From the human T2T-CHM13v2.0 reference genome, Homo sapiens: a stretch of DNA of 64,000 bases. The stretch is taken from NCBI RefSeq assembly GCF_009914755.1, contig NC_060931.1, one strand, 5' to 3'. Below the pieces are notes generated by a model. The model was given only the letters and a program-made list of their open reading frames with translations. It had not been told where the DNA came from and ran no database searches. Made by a program: the position numbers and the translations under genes. Within the stretch, counting starts at the first letter, position 1. The number at the start of each line of letters is the position of its first letter. Below are positions 1 to 14,700 of this stretch, one piece after another.

Positions 1-3000
1 AACTGCTCAATCAAAAGAAAGTTTCATCTCTCTGAGATGAATGCACACATCACAAAGAATTTTCTCAGAATTCTTCTGTCTAGTTTTTATGTGAAGATAT
101 TTCCTTTTCCGCCATAGGCCTCAAAGTGCTCCAAATGTCCACTTGCAGATTTTACAAAAGGAGAGTTTCAAAACTGCTCAATCAAAAGAAAGGGTTAACT
201 CTGTGAGATTAATGCACACATCAGAAAGAAGTTTCTCAAAATTCGTCTGAGTTGTTTTTATGTGAAGATATTTCCTTTTCTACCATAGGCCGCAAAGTGC
301 TCCAAATGGCCACTTGCAGATTCAACAAAAAGAGTATTTCCAAACTGCTTAATCAAAAGAAAGGTTCAACTATGTGAGATGAGCCCACATATCAGAAAGA
401 AGTTTCTCAGAATTCTTCTGTCTGGTTTTTATGTGAAGATATTTCCTTTTCCACCATAGGCCTCAAAGCACTCCAAAAGTCCACTTGCATATTCTACAAA
501 AATAGAGTTTCAAAACTGCTCAATGAAAAGAAAGGTTTAATTCTGTGAGATGAATGCACACATCAAAAGGAAGTTTCTCAGATTGCTTCTGTGTAGATTT
601 TATGTGAAGATATTTCCTTTTCTACCATAGTCTGTGATGTCCTCCAAATGTCCACTTACAGATTCTAAAAAAAGAGTGTTCCCAAACTTCTCAATCAAAA
701 GTAAGGTTCAACTCTTTTAGATGAACGCACACGTCACAAAAGAATTTTCTCAGTATACTTCTGTCTGGTTTTTATTTGAAGATTTTTCCTTTTCTATCCT
801 AGGCCTCAAAGCGCTCCAAATATCCGCTTGCAGATTCTACAAAAACATATTTTCAAAACTGCTCAATCCAACGGAAGCTTTAACTCTTTGAAATGAATGT
901 ACACATGACAAAGAAGTTTCCCAGATTGCTTCTGTCTAGATTTTATGTGGAGATATTTCCTTTTCTACCATAGGCTGCAATGTTCTCCAAATGTCGACTT
1001 CCAGATTATACAAAAGGAACTTTTCCAAGCTGCTCAATCAAAAGCAAGTTACAACTCTGCCAGATGAACGCACACATCACAAAGAAGTTTCTCAGAATTC
1101 TTCTTTCTGGTTTTTATGGGAAGGTATTTCCTTTTCCACCATAGGCCTCAAAGTTCTCCAAATGTCCAGTTGCCCATTCTACCAAAACAGAGGTTCAAAA
1201 CTCCTCAATCAAAAAAAGGTTTAACACTGTGAGATGAATACACACATCACAAAGAAGTTTCTCAGATTGCTCCTGTCTAGATTTTATGTGAAGATATTTC
1301 CTTCTCTACCATAGTCCGTAAAGCGCTCCAAATGTCCACTTGCAGATTCTAAAAAAGAGTGTTTCCAAACGGCTCAATGAAAGACATATTCAACTCTGTG
1401 AGATGAAAGCACACATCACAAATAAGTTTCTCAGAATTCTGTCTAGTTTTTATGTGATGATATTTCCATTTCCACCATACACCTGTAGGTGCTCGAAATG
1501 TCCACTTGCAGATTCTACAAAAAGAGTATTTCAGAACTCGTCCTTCAAAAGAAAGGTTCAACTCTGGGAAATTAATGCACACATCACAAATATGTTTCTC
1601 AGAATGTTTCTATCTAGTGTTTATGTGAAGGTGTTTCCTTTTCCACCATAGGCCTCAATGCACTCCAAATGTCCACTTGCAGATACTACAAAAAGAGAGT
1701 TTCTGAACTTCTAAATCAAAAGAAAGGTTTAACTCTGTGAGATGAATGCACACATCACAAAGAAGTTTCTCTAATTGCTTCTGTCTACATTTTATGTGAA
1801 GATATTTCCTTTTCTACCATAGGCTGCAAAGCACTCCAAATGTCCACTTGCAGATTCTACAAAAAGAGTGTTTCAAAACTGTTCAATCAAAAGAAAGGTT
1901 CAACTCTGTGAGATGAACGCAAACATCACAAAGGAGTTTCTAAGAATCCTTCTGTCTAGTTTTTATGTGGTGATATTTCCTTCTTCACCATAGACCCCAA
2001 GGCGTTCTAAATGTCCACTAGCTGATTCTATAAAAAGAGTATTTCAAAACTGGTCCTACAAAAGAAAGGTTCAACTCTGGGAGATGAACACACACATCAC
2101 AGGTAAGTTTCCCAGAATTCTTCTGTCTAGTTTTTATGTGAAGATATTTCCTTTCCCACCGTATGCCTCAAAGCACACAGAATGTCCACTTGCAGATTTT
2201 AGAAAAAGAGAATTTCAAAACTGTTCAATCAAAAGAAAGTTTTAACTCCTTGAAATGAATGCACACATCACAGAGAATTCTCTCAGATTGCTTCTGTCTA
2301 GATTGTATGTGAAGATATTTCTCTTTCTACCATAGGCCGCTAAGCCCGCCAAATGTCCACTTGCAGATTATACAAAAAGAGTGTTTCCAAACTGCTCAAT
2401 CAAAAGTCTGATTCAACTCTATGAGATGAAAACACACATCACACAGAAGTTTCTCAGAATTCTTCTGTCTAATTTTTATGTGAAGATATTTCCTTTTTCA
2501 CCATAGGCCTCAAAACGCTCCAAATGTCCACATGCAGATTCTATAAAAAGAGAGTTTCAAAACTGCTCAATCAAAGGAAAGGTTGAACTCTGTGAGATGA
2601 ATGCACACATCACAAAGAAGTTTCTCAGATTGCTTATGTCTAGATTTTATGTGAAGATATTTCCTTTTCTACCATAGGCCACAAAGCGCTCCAAATGTCC
2701 ACTGGCAGATTCTACAAAAAGAGTGTTTCCAAAATGCTTAATCAAAAGAAATGTGCAACACTGTGACATGAACGCACACATCACAAAGGAGTTTCTCAGA
2801 ATTCTTCTGTCTAGTTTTTATGTGAAGATATTACCTTTTCCACCATAGGCCTCTAAGCACTCCAAATGTCCACTTGAAGATTCTACAAAAAGAGAGTTTC
2901 AAAACTGTTCCATCAAAAGAAAGGTTTAACTCTGTGAGATGAATGCACACATCACAATTACGTCTCTCAGATTGCTTCTGTCTTGATTTTATGTAAAGAT

Positions 3001-6000
3001 ATTTCATTTTCTACCATAGGCTGTGATGTGCTCCAAATGTCCACTTACAGATTCTACATAAAGAGTGTTTTCAAACTGCTCAATCAAAAGTAAATTTCAA
3101 AACTGTGAGATGAACGCACACATCACAAAGAAGTTTCTCAGTATACTTCTGTCTATTTTTTACTTGAAGATATTTCCTTTTCCACCATAGGCCTCAAAGT
3201 GCTCCAAATGTCCACTTGCAGGTTCTACAAAAAGACTGTTTCAAAACTTTTCCATCAAAAGAAAAGTTCAACTCTGGGAGATGAATGTACACATCACAAA
3301 GAAGTTTCTCAGATTGCTTCTGTCTAGATTTTATATGAAGATATTTCCTTTTCTACCATAGGACTCAATGCGCTCCAAATGTCCATTTCCAGATTCTACA
3401 AAAGGAGCATTTCCAAACTGCTCAATCAAAAGAAAGGTACAACTCTGTCACATGAATGCACACATCACAAAGAAGTTTCTCAGAATTCTTCTGTCTAGTT
3501 TTCATGGGAAGGTGTTTCCTTTTCCAGCATAGACTTCAAGGCGCTCCAAATGTCCACTTGCCAATTCTACAAAAACAGAGATTCAAAACTCCTCAATCGA
3601 AAGAAAGGTTTAACTCTGTGAGATGAATTCATACATCACAAAGAACTTTCTCAGATTGCTTCTGTCTAGATTTTATGTGAATATATTTCCTTTTCTACCA
3701 TAAGCTTCAAAGCGCTCAAATCGTCCACTTGCACATTCTAAAAAAGAGTGTTCCCAAACCGGTCAGTGAAAAGAAATGTTCAACTCTGTGAGATGAAAGC
3801 ACACATCACAAACAAATTTCTCAGAATTCTTCTGCCTAATTTTTATGTGAAGATATTTCCTTTTCCACCATAGGCCTCAAGGTGCTCGAAATGTCCACTT
3901 GCAGATTCTGCAAAAAGAGTACTTCAAAACTGGTCCTCCAAAAGAAGGTTCAACTCTGGGAGATGAATGCACCCATCACAAAGATGTTTCTCAGAATGTT
4001 TCTATCTAGTGTTTATGTGAGGATATTTCCTTTTCCACCATAGTCCTCAATGTGCTCCAAATGTCCACTTGCAGATCCTACAAAAAGATAGTTTCTAAAC
4101 TGCTAAATCAAAAGAAAGGTTTAACTCTGTGAGATGAATGCACACATAACAAAGAAGTTTATCTAATTTCTTCTGTCTAGATTTCATGTGAAGATATTTC
4201 CTTTGCTACCATAGGCCGCAAAGCACTCCAAATGTCCACTTGCAGATTCTACAAAAAGAGTGTTTCCAAACTGCTCAATCAAAAGAAAGGTTCAACTCTG
4301 TGAAATGAACGCACACATCAGAAAGAAGACTCTAAGAATTCTTCTTTCTGGTTTTTATGTGAAGATATATCATTTTCCATCATAGTCCTCATGGCACTCG
4401 AAATGCCTACTTGCATATTCTACAAAAAGTGTATTTTAATACTGGGCCATCAAAAGAAATGTTCAACTCTGGGAGATGAATGCACACATCACAAACAAGT
4501 TTTTCAGAATGCTTCAATCTATTTTTTTTGTGAATATATTTCCTTTTCCACCATACGCCTGAAAGGGCTTTAAGTATCCACTTGCAGATTCTGCAAAAAG
4601 AGAGTTTCAAAACTCCTCAATCAAAGGAAAGTTTTCACTCTGTGAGATGAACACACACATCACAAAGAAGTTTCTCAGATTCCTTCTGTCTAGATTTTCT
4701 GTGAAGATATTTCCTTTTCTCCCATATGCCACAAAGTGCTCCAAATGTTCCCTTGCAGATTCTACAAAAAGAGTGTTTCCAAACTGCTCAATCAAAAGAA
4801 AGGTTCAAATATGTGAGATGAATGCACACATCACAAAGAAGTTTGTCAGAATTCTGCTGTCTAGTTTTTATGCGAAGATATTAACTTTTCCACCATAGTC
4901 CTCAAAGCGCTCCAAATGTCCACTTGCACATTCTACAAAAAGAGAGTTTCAAAATTGCTCTACAAAAAGGAATGTTTCTCTCTGTTAGGTGAATTTACAA
5001 ATCACAAAGAAGTTCCTCAGATTGCTTCTGTCTAGATTTTATGTGAAGATATTTCCTTTTCTACAATAGGCCACAATGCGCTCCAAATCTCCACTTGCAG
5101 ATTCTACAAAAAGAGTGTTTCCAAACTGCTCAATCAAAAGAAAGGTTCAACTCTGTGAGATGAACGCACACACCACAAAGAAGTTTCGCAGAATTCTTCT
5201 GTCTAGTATTTTTGTGAATATATTTCCTTTTCTATCATAGACCTAAAATCGCTGCAAATGTCCACTTGCAGATTCTACAAAAAGAGAGTTTCAAAACTGC
5301 TCAATCAAAAGAAAGGTTTAACTCTAAGAGATGAATGCTCACATAACAAAGAAGTTTCTCAGATTGTTTCTGTCTAGATTTTATGTGAAGATATTTCCTT
5401 TTCTAGCATTGGCCTCAAAGCGCTCCAAATGTCCACTTGCGGATTCTACAAAAAGAGAGTTGTAAAACTGCCCTAGCAAAAGAAAGGTTTAACTAGGCGA
5501 GATGAATGTACACATCTCAAAAATGTTTCTCAGGTTGTTTCTGTCTAGATTTTATGTGAAGATATTTCCTTGTCTACCATAGGCCGCAAAGCGCTCCAAA
5601 TGTCCACTTGCAGATTCTACAAAATGAGTGTTTCCCAACTGCTCAATCAAAAGAAAGGTTCAACTCTGTGAGGTGAAGGCACACAGACACAAAGAAGTTT
5701 CTAAGAATTCTTCCGTCTAGTTTTTATGTGAAGGGATTTCCTTTTCCACAATAGGCCTCAAAGAGCTCCAAATATCCACTTGCAGATTCTACAAAAAGAG
5801 AGTTTCAATACTGCTCAATCAAAAGAAAAGTTTAACTCTGTGAGATGAATGCACACATCACAAAGAACTTTATCAGATTTCTTCTGTCTAGATTTTATGT
5901 GAAGGTATTACCTTTTCTACCATGGGCCACAAAGCTTTCCAAATTTCCACTTGCAGATTCTACAAAAAGAGTGTTTCCAAACTGCTCAATCAAAAGAAAT

Positions 6001-9000
6001 GTTCAATTCTGTGAGAAGAACGCAAACATCACAAAGAAATTTCTCAGAAGTCTTCTGTCTAGTTTTTATGTGAAGATATTTCCTTTTCCACAATAGGCCT
6101 GAAAGTGATCTAAAAGTCCACTTGCAGATTCTACAAAGAGAGAGTTTCAAAACTGCTTAATCAATAGAAAGGTTTGACTCTGTGAGATAAATGCACACAT
6201 CACAAAGAAGTTTCTCAGCGTCTTCTGTCTAGTTTTTATGTGAAGATATTACATTTTCCACCATAGGCCTCAAAGCACTCCAAATGTCCAATTGCAGATT
6301 CTACAAAAAGAGTGGTTGCGGACTGCTCAATCAAAAGAAAGGTTCAACTCGGTGAGAATGCAAACATCACAAAGAAGCTTCTCAGAATTCTTCTGTCTAT
6401 TTTTTATGTGAAGATATGTCCTTTTCCAACATAGGCATCAAAGTGCTCCAAATGACCACTTGCAGATTCTACAAAAAGAGAGCTTCAAAACTGCCCTATC
6501 AAAAAGTCCACTTGCAGACGCTACAAAAAGAGAGTTTCAAAGCTGCTTAATCAATAGAAAGGTTTGACTCTGTGAGATAAATGCACACATCACAAAGAAG
6601 TTTCTCAGAGTCTTCTGTCTAGTTTTTATGTGAAAATATTACCTTTTCCACCATAGGCCTCAAAGCACTCCAAATGTCCAATTGCAGATTCTACAAAAAG
6701 AGTGGTTGCAGACTGCTTAATCAAAAGAAAGGTTCAACTCTGTGAGAAGAACACAAACATCACAAAGAAGCTTCTCAGAATTCTTCTATTTTTTATGTGA
6801 CGATATTTCCTTTTCCACCATCGTCCTCAAAGCGCTCCAAATGTCCACTTGCAGATTCTACAAAAAGAGAGTTTCATTACTGCTCAATCAAACGAAAGGT
6901 TTCACACTTTAAGTTGAAGGTACAGTTCACAAAGAAGTTTCTCAGAATACTACTGTCTAGTTTTTATGTAAAGATATTTCCTTTTCCACCATAGGCCTCA
7001 AGGCGATCGAAATGTCCTCTTGCATATTCTACAAAAGGAGTATTTCAAAACTGGTCCTTCAGAAGAAAGGTTCAACTCTGGGAGATCAATTCCTATATCA
7101 CAAAGATGTTTCTCAGAGTGCTTCTATCTAGTTTTTAAGTGAAGATATTTCCATTTCCACCATTGTCCTCAAAGTGCTCCAAATGGGCACTTCCAGATTC
7201 CATAAAAAGAGAGTTTCATAGCTGCTCAAACAAAAGAAAGGTTTAACTCTGTGAGATGAATGCACCCATCACAAAGAAGATTCTCAGATTGCTTCTGTCT
7301 AGATTTTATATGATGATATTTCCTTTTCTACCATAGGCCGCAAGGCGAACCAAACATCCACCTGGAGATTCTACAAAAAGAGTGTTTCCAAACTCCTTAA
7401 TCAAAAGAAACTTTCAACTCTGTGAGATGAACGCACACATCACAAAGAGGTTTCTGAGAATTCTTCTGTCTAGTTTTTATGTGAAGATATTTCTTTTTCC
7501 ACCATAGGCCTCAAAGCGCTCCAAAGGTCAAATTTGAAATTCTACAAAAAGAGAGTTTCAAAACTGCTCAATCAAAAGAAAGGTTTAACTCTGTGGAGTG
7601 AATGCACACATCACAAAGAAGTTTCTCAGATTGCTTCTCTCTAGATTTTATGTGAAGATATTTCCTTTTCTACCATAGACAACAAAGCACTCCAAATGTC
7701 AACTTGCAGATTCTACAAAAAGAGTGTTTCCAAACTGCTCAATCAACAGAAAGGTTCAACTCTGTGAGATGAACACACACATCACAAATAAGTTTCTCAG
7801 AATGCTTCTGACTAGGTTTTATGTGAAGATATTTCTATTTCCACCATTGGCCTCAAAGCTCTCCAAATGTCCACTTGCAGATTCTACAACAAAACATTCT
7901 CAAAACTGTTCAATCAAATGTAAAGTTTAACTCTGTGAGATGAATGGACACATCACAAAGAAGTTTCTGACGTTGCTTCTTTTTAGATTTTATGTGAAGG
8001 TATTTCCTTTTCTGTCATAGGCTGCATAGCGCTCCAAATGTCCACTTCTAGATTCTACAAAAAGAGTGTTTCCAAACTGCACAATCAAAATAAAAGTTCA
8101 ACTCTGTGAGATGAATGCACACGTCACAAAGAAGTTTCTGAGAATTCTTCTGTCTAGTTTTTATGTGAAGATATTTCCTTTTCCACCATAGGCCTCAAAG
8201 CGCTCCAAATATCCACTTGCAGTTTCTACAAAAAGAGAGTTTGAAAACTGTTCAATTAAAAGAAAGGCTTAACTCTTTGAGATGAATGCACAAATCACAA
8301 AGAAGTTTCACAGATTGCTTCTGTCTAAATTTTATGGAAATATATTCCCTTTTCGACCATAGGCCACAAAATGCTGCAAATGTCCACTTGCAGATTCTAC
8401 GAAAAGAGAGTTTCCAAACTGCTCAAACAAAAGAAACATACAAGTCTGTGGCATGAACACACACATCACAAAGAAGTTTCTCAGAATGCTTCTGACTAGG
8501 TTTTATGTGAAGATATTTCTATTTCCACCATTGGCCTCAAAGCTCTCCAAATGTCCACTTGCAGATTCTACAACAAAACATTCTCAAAACTGTTCAATCA
8601 AATGTAAAGTTTAACTCTGTGAGATGAATGGACACATCACAAAGAAGTTTCTGACGTTGCTTCTTTTTAGATTTTATGTGAAGGTATTTCCTTTTCTATC
8701 ATAGGCTGCATAGCGCTCCAAATGTCCACTTCTAGATTCTACAAAAAGAGTGTTTCCAAACTGCACAATCAAAACAAAAGTTCAACTCTGTGAGATGAAT
8801 GCACACGTCACAAAGAAGTTTCTGAGAATTCTTCTGTCTAGTTTTTATGTGAAGATATTTCCTTTTCCACCATAGGCCTCAAAGCGCTCCAAATATCCAC
8901 TTGCAGTTTCTACAAAAAGAGAGTTTGAAAACTGTTCAATTAAAAGAAAGGCTTAACTCTTTGAGATGAATGCACAAATCACAAAGAAGTTTCACAGATT

Positions 9001-11750
9001 GCTTCTGTCTAAATTTTATGGAAATATATTCCCTTTTCGACCATAGGCCACAAAATGCTGCAAATGTCCACTTGCAGATTCTACGAAAAGAGAGTTTCCA
9101 AACTGCTCAAACAAAAGAAACATTCAAGTCTGTGACATGAACACACACATCACAAAGAAGTTTCTCAGAATGCTTCTGACTAGGTTTTATGTGAAGATAT
9201 TTCTATTTCCACCATTGGCCTCAAAGCTCTCCAAATGTCCACTTGCAGATTCTACAACAAAACATTCTCAAAACTGTTCAATCAAATGTAAAGTTTAACT
9301 CTGTGAGATGAATGGACACATCACAAAGAAGTTTCTGACGTTGCTTCTTTTTAGATTTTATGTGAAGGTATTTCCTTTTCTATCATAGGCTGCATAGCGC
9401 TCCAAATGTCCACTTCTAGATTCTACAAAAAGAGTGTTTCCAAACTGCACAATCAAAATAAAAGTTCAACTCTGTGAGATGAATGCACACGTCACAAAGA
9501 AGTTTCTGAGAATTCTTCTGTCTAGTTTTTATGTGAAGATATTTCCTTTTCCACCATAGGCCTCAAAGCGCTCCAAATATCCACTTGCAGTTTCTACAAA
9601 AAGAGAGTTTGAAAACTGTTCAATTAAAAGAAAGGCTTAACTCTTTGAGATGAATGCACAAATCACAAAGAAGTTTCACAGATTGCTTCTGTCTAAATTT
9701 TATGGAAATATATTCCCTTTTCGACCATAGGCCACAAAATGCTGCAAATGTCCACTTGCAGATTCTACGAAAAGAGAGTTTCCAAACTGCTCAAACAAAA
9801 GAAACATACAAGTCTGTGACATGAACACACACATCACAAAGAAGTTTCTCAGAATTCTTCTGTCTAGTTTTTATGTGAAAATATTTCATTTTCCACCTTA
9901 GGCCTCAAGGCAGTCGAAATGTCCTCTTGCAGATTCTACAAAAAGAGTATTTGAAAAGTGGTCCTTCAAAAGAAAGGTTCATGTCTGGGAAGTGAATGCA
10001 CACATCACTAAGAAGTTTCTCAGAATGCTTCTATCTAGTTTTTATGTGAAGATATTCCCTTTTCCACCATATGCCTCAAAGCGCTCCAAATGTCCACTTG
10101 CAGATTCTACAAAAACAGATTTTCAAAACTGCTCAATCAAAAGAAAGGTTTCACTCTTTGAGATGAATGAGCACATCAAAACTGCTCAATCAAAAGAAAG
10201 GTTTCACTCTTTGAGATGAATGAGCACATCAAAAAGAAGTTTCTCAGATTGCTTCTGTCTAGATTTTAAGTGAAGATATTTGTTTTTCTACCACAGGCCA
10301 CAAAGTGCTCCAAAAGTCCACTTGCAGATTCCACAAAAAGGGTGTTTCCAAACTGCTCAATCAAAAGAAAGCTTCAACCCTGTGAGATGAATGCACAGAT
10401 CACAAAGAAGTTTCTCCGAATTCTTCTGTCTAGTTTTTATGTGAAGATATTTCCTTTTCCATCATAGTCCTCAAGACACTCGAAATGTCCACTTGCAGGT
10501 TCTACAAAAACAGTATTTCAAAGCTGTCCTTCAGAAGAACGGTTCAACTTTGGGAGGTGAATGCACACATCACAAAGTAGTTTCTCAGAACTCTTCTGTC
10601 TAGTTTTTATGGGAAGATATTTCCTTTCCACCATAGGCCTTAAGGCACTCCAAATGTCCCCTTGCAGATTCTATAGAAAGAGAGTTTCAAATCTGCTCAA
10701 TCAACAGAAAGGTTTCATCCTTTGAGAAAAATGCATACTTGTCAAAGGAGTTTGTCAGATTGCTTCTTTCTAGATTTTATGTGAAGATATTGCCTTTTCT
10801 ACCATATGCCGCAAATTGCACCAAACCTCCACTTGCAGATTATGCAAAAAGAGTGTTCACAAACTGCTCAATCAAAAGAAAGTTTCAACTCTGTGAGATG
10901 AACGCACACATCACCAAGAAGTTTTTCAGAATTCTTCTGCCTGATTTTTATATGAAGATATTTCCTTTTCCACCATAGGCTGCAAAGCGCTCCAAGTGTC
11001 CACTTGCAGATTCTACAAAAGCAGGGTTTCCAAACTACTCAATCAAAAGAAAGGTTCACCTCTGTGGGATGAATGCAAACGTCACAAAGAAGTTTGTCAG
11101 AATTCTTCTGTCTAGTTTTTATGTGAAGATATTACCTTTTCGACCATAGGCCTCAAAGCGCTCCAGATGTCCACTTGCAGATTCTACAAAAAGAGAGTTT
11201 TGAAACTGCTGTATCAAAAGAAAGGTTTAATTCTGTGAGAGGAATGCACACATCACAAGTAAGTTTCTCAGATTGCTTCTGTCGAGGTTTTATGTGAGGA
11301 TATTTCCTTTCTACCATAGGCCGTAAAGCGCTCCAAATGTCCACTTGCAGATTCTACAGAAAGAGTGTTTCCAAAGTGCTCAATCAAAAGTAAGGTTCAA
11401 CTCTGTGAGATCAATGCACACATAACAAAGAAGTTCCTGAAAATTCTTCTGTCTAGTTTTGATGTGAAGATATTTCCTTTTGCACCACAGGCCTCAAAGT
11501 GCTCCAAATTACCACTTGCAGATTCTAAAAAAAGAGTTTCAAAACTGCTCAATCAAAGGAAAGGTTTAACTCTGTGACATGAATGCACACATCACAAAGA
11601 AGTTTCTTAGATTTCTTCTGTCTAGATATTATGTGAAGATATTTCCTTTTCTACCATAGGCCGCAAATGGCTCCAAATGTCCACTTGCAGATTCTAGAAA
11701 AAGACTTTTTCAAAACGTCTCAATCAAAAGAAAGATTCAACTCTGTGAGA
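1..11750 (-). repeat. Old dimer-like A-type alpha layer
   Basis: Monomers mostly alternate between '...CTCAGATTGCTTCTGTCTAGATTTT...TCTACCATAGGCCGCAAAG' and '...CTCAGAATTCTTCTGTCTAGTTTTT...TCCACCATAGGCCTCAAAG'. The pattern stops near 11.75 kb, after which TTTGTCAGAATGC monomers dominate. Confidence 0.7.
7790..9854 (-). repeat. Near-perfect tandem triplication of a 684-bp (4-monomer) alpha unit
   Basis: AATGCTTCTGACTAGGTTTTATGTGAAGATATTTCTATTTCCACCATTGG starts at 7801, 8485 and 9169 (period 684 = 4x171); only about 4 variable positions seen among copies. Confidence 0.95.
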
Positions 11751-14700
11751 TGAACGCACACATCACAAAGAAGTTTCTCAGAATGCTTCTGTCTAGTTCT
11801 TAAATTAATATATTTCCTTTTCCACGATAGGCCTCCAAGTGCTGAAAATATCTACTTGCAGATTCTGCAAAATGTGAGTTTCGAAATTAATCAAAAGAAA
11901 GGTTCAACTCTGTGAGATGAATGCACATATCACAAAGGATTTCGTCAGAATGCTTCTGTCTAGTTTTTATTTGAAGATATTTCCTTTTCCACCATAGGCC
12001 TCAAAGCACTCCAAATGTCCATATTTAGATAGTGCAAAAAGAGTGTTTCACAACTGCTCAATCAAAAGTAAAGTTCAACTCTGTGACATGAATGCACATA
12101 TCACAAAGGAGTTTGTAAGAATACTTCTGTAGCGTTTTTATGTGAAGATATTTCCTTTTCCACCATGGGCCTCATAGAGCTGCGAATGTCCACATGCAAA
12201 TTCTACAAAAAGAGTGTTTCCAAACTGCTCAATCAATAGAAAGTTTAAACTCTGTGAGATGCATGCACACTTCACAAATAAGTTTCTCAGAATGCTTCTG
12301 TCTCGCTTTTATGTGAAGATATGTTTTTATCCACAATAGGACGCAAAGCTCTCAAAATGTCCACTTGCAGATTCTACAAAAAGAGTGTTTCAAAACTGCC
12401 CAATGAAAAGAAAATTTCAACACTGTGAGATGAATACACACATCACAAAGAAGTTTGTCAGAATGCATCTGTCTAGTGTTTTTGTGACAATATTTCCTTT
12501 TCCAACATAGGCCTCAAAGCGCTCCAAATGTCCACTTGCAGATTCTACAAAAAGAATGTTTCAAAGCTGCTCAATCAAAAGAAAGGTTCAACTCCATTGT
12601 ATGAAGGCACAAATCCCAAAGAAGTTTCTCAGAATGCTTCTGTCTAGTTCTTAAGAGAAGATATTTCCGTTTTCACCATAGGCATCAAAGCACTCCAAAT
12701 GTCCACTTGCAGATTCTACAAAAAGAGTGTTTCAAAACTACTCAATCAAAAGAAAGGTTCCACTCTATGAGAGGAATGTACACATCACAAAGAAATTTGT
12801 CAGAATGCTTCTGTCTAGTTTTTGTGCGAAGATATTTCGTTTTCCACCATAGGCTTCAAAGCATTCAAACTGCCCACTTACAGATAGTTCAAAAAGGATG
12901 TTTCAAAACTGCTCAATAGAAAGTAAGGTTCAACTGTGTTAGATAAATGCACATATCATAAAGAAATTTTTCAGAATTCTTCTGTCTAGTTTTTATGTGA
13001 AGATACTTCCTCTTCCACCGTAGGCCTCAAATAGCTCCAAATGTACCCTTGCAGATTCTACAAAAAGAGTGTTTTCAAACTGCTCAATCAAAAGAAAGTT
13101 TCAACTCAGTGAGATGAATGCACACATCACAAAGAAGTTTCTCAGAATACTTCCGTCTAGTTCTTAAGTGAAGATAATTCCTTTTCCACCATAGGCCTCA
13201 AAACGCTCCAAATGGTCTCTTGCAGATCCTACAAAAACATAGTTTCCATACTACTCAATCAAAAGAAAGGTTCAACTCTGTGAGACGAATACACACATCA
13301 CAAGGAAATTTGTCACAATGCTTCTGTCTAGTTTTTATGTGAAGATATTTCCTTTTCCACCATAGGCTTCAAAGAACTCCAAATGTACACTTGCGGATTC
13401 TACAAAAAGAGTTTTTCAAAAGTACTCAATGAAAAGAAAGGTTTAACTCTGTGAGATGAATGCACACATTACAATGAAGTTTTTCAGAATGTTTCTGTAT
13501 AGTTTTAATGTGAAGATATTTCCTTTTCCACCTTAGACCTCAAAGCGCTATAAATGTCCACTTGCAGATTCTGCAAAAAGAGTGTTTCAAAGCTGCTCAA
13601 TCAAAAGAAAGTTTCAACTCCGTGAGGTGAATGCACATATCTAAGAAATTTCTCAGAATGCTTCTTTCTAGTTATTATGTGAAGATATTTCCTTTTCCAC
13701 CATAGGCCACAAAGCGCTCCAATAGTCCGCTTGGAGATTCCACAAAAAGAGTGTTTCAAAACTGCTCAATCAAAAGAAAGATTCAACTCTGTGAGATGAA
13801 TGCACACATCACAAAGAAGTTTCTCAGAATGCTTCTTTCTACTTCTTAAATGAATATATTTCCTTTTCCACCATAGGCCTCAAAGCACTTCAAATGTCCA
13901 CTTACAGATCCTACAAAAAGATATTTTCAAATTACTCAATCAAAAGAAAATCTCAACTCTGTGAGATAAATGCACACATCACAAAGGAGTTTGTCAGAAC
14001 GCTTCTGTCTAGTATTTACTTGAAGACAATTCCCTTTCCACCATAGGCCTCAAAGCACTCCAAATGTTCACTTCCAGATAATACAAAAGGGTGTTTCAAA
14101 ACTGCCCAATTAGAAGTAAGGTTCAACTCTGTGAGATGAACGCACATATTACAAAGACGTTTGTCAAAATCCTCTGTCCAGTTTTTATGTGAAGATATTT
14201 CCTTTTCAACAAAGACCTCAAAGCGCTCCAAATGTACACTTGCAGATTCTACAAAAAGAGTGCTTCCAAACCGCTCAATTGAAAGTAAGGTTCAACTCTG
14301 TGAAACGAATGCACATTTCACAAAGAAGTTATTCAGAATGCTTCTGTCTAATTATTATGTGAAGATATTTCCTTTTCCACCGCAGGCCTAAAGCGCTCCA
14401 AATATCCCCTTGCAGATCCTACAAAAACAGTATTTCAAAGCTGCTCAAACAAAAGAAAGGTTAAATTCTGTGAGATGAATGCACACATCACAAAGAAGTT
14501 TGTCAGAATGCTTCTGTCTAGTTTTTACGTGAAGCTATTTCCTTTTCGACCGTAGTCAGCAAAGCGCTCCAAATGTCCACTTGCAGATTCTACGAAAAGA
14601 GGGTTTCCAAACTACTCATCAAAAGAAAGGTCCAACTCTGTGAGATGAATGCATACATCACAAAAAATTTGACAGAATGCCTCTGTCTAGTTTTTATGTG

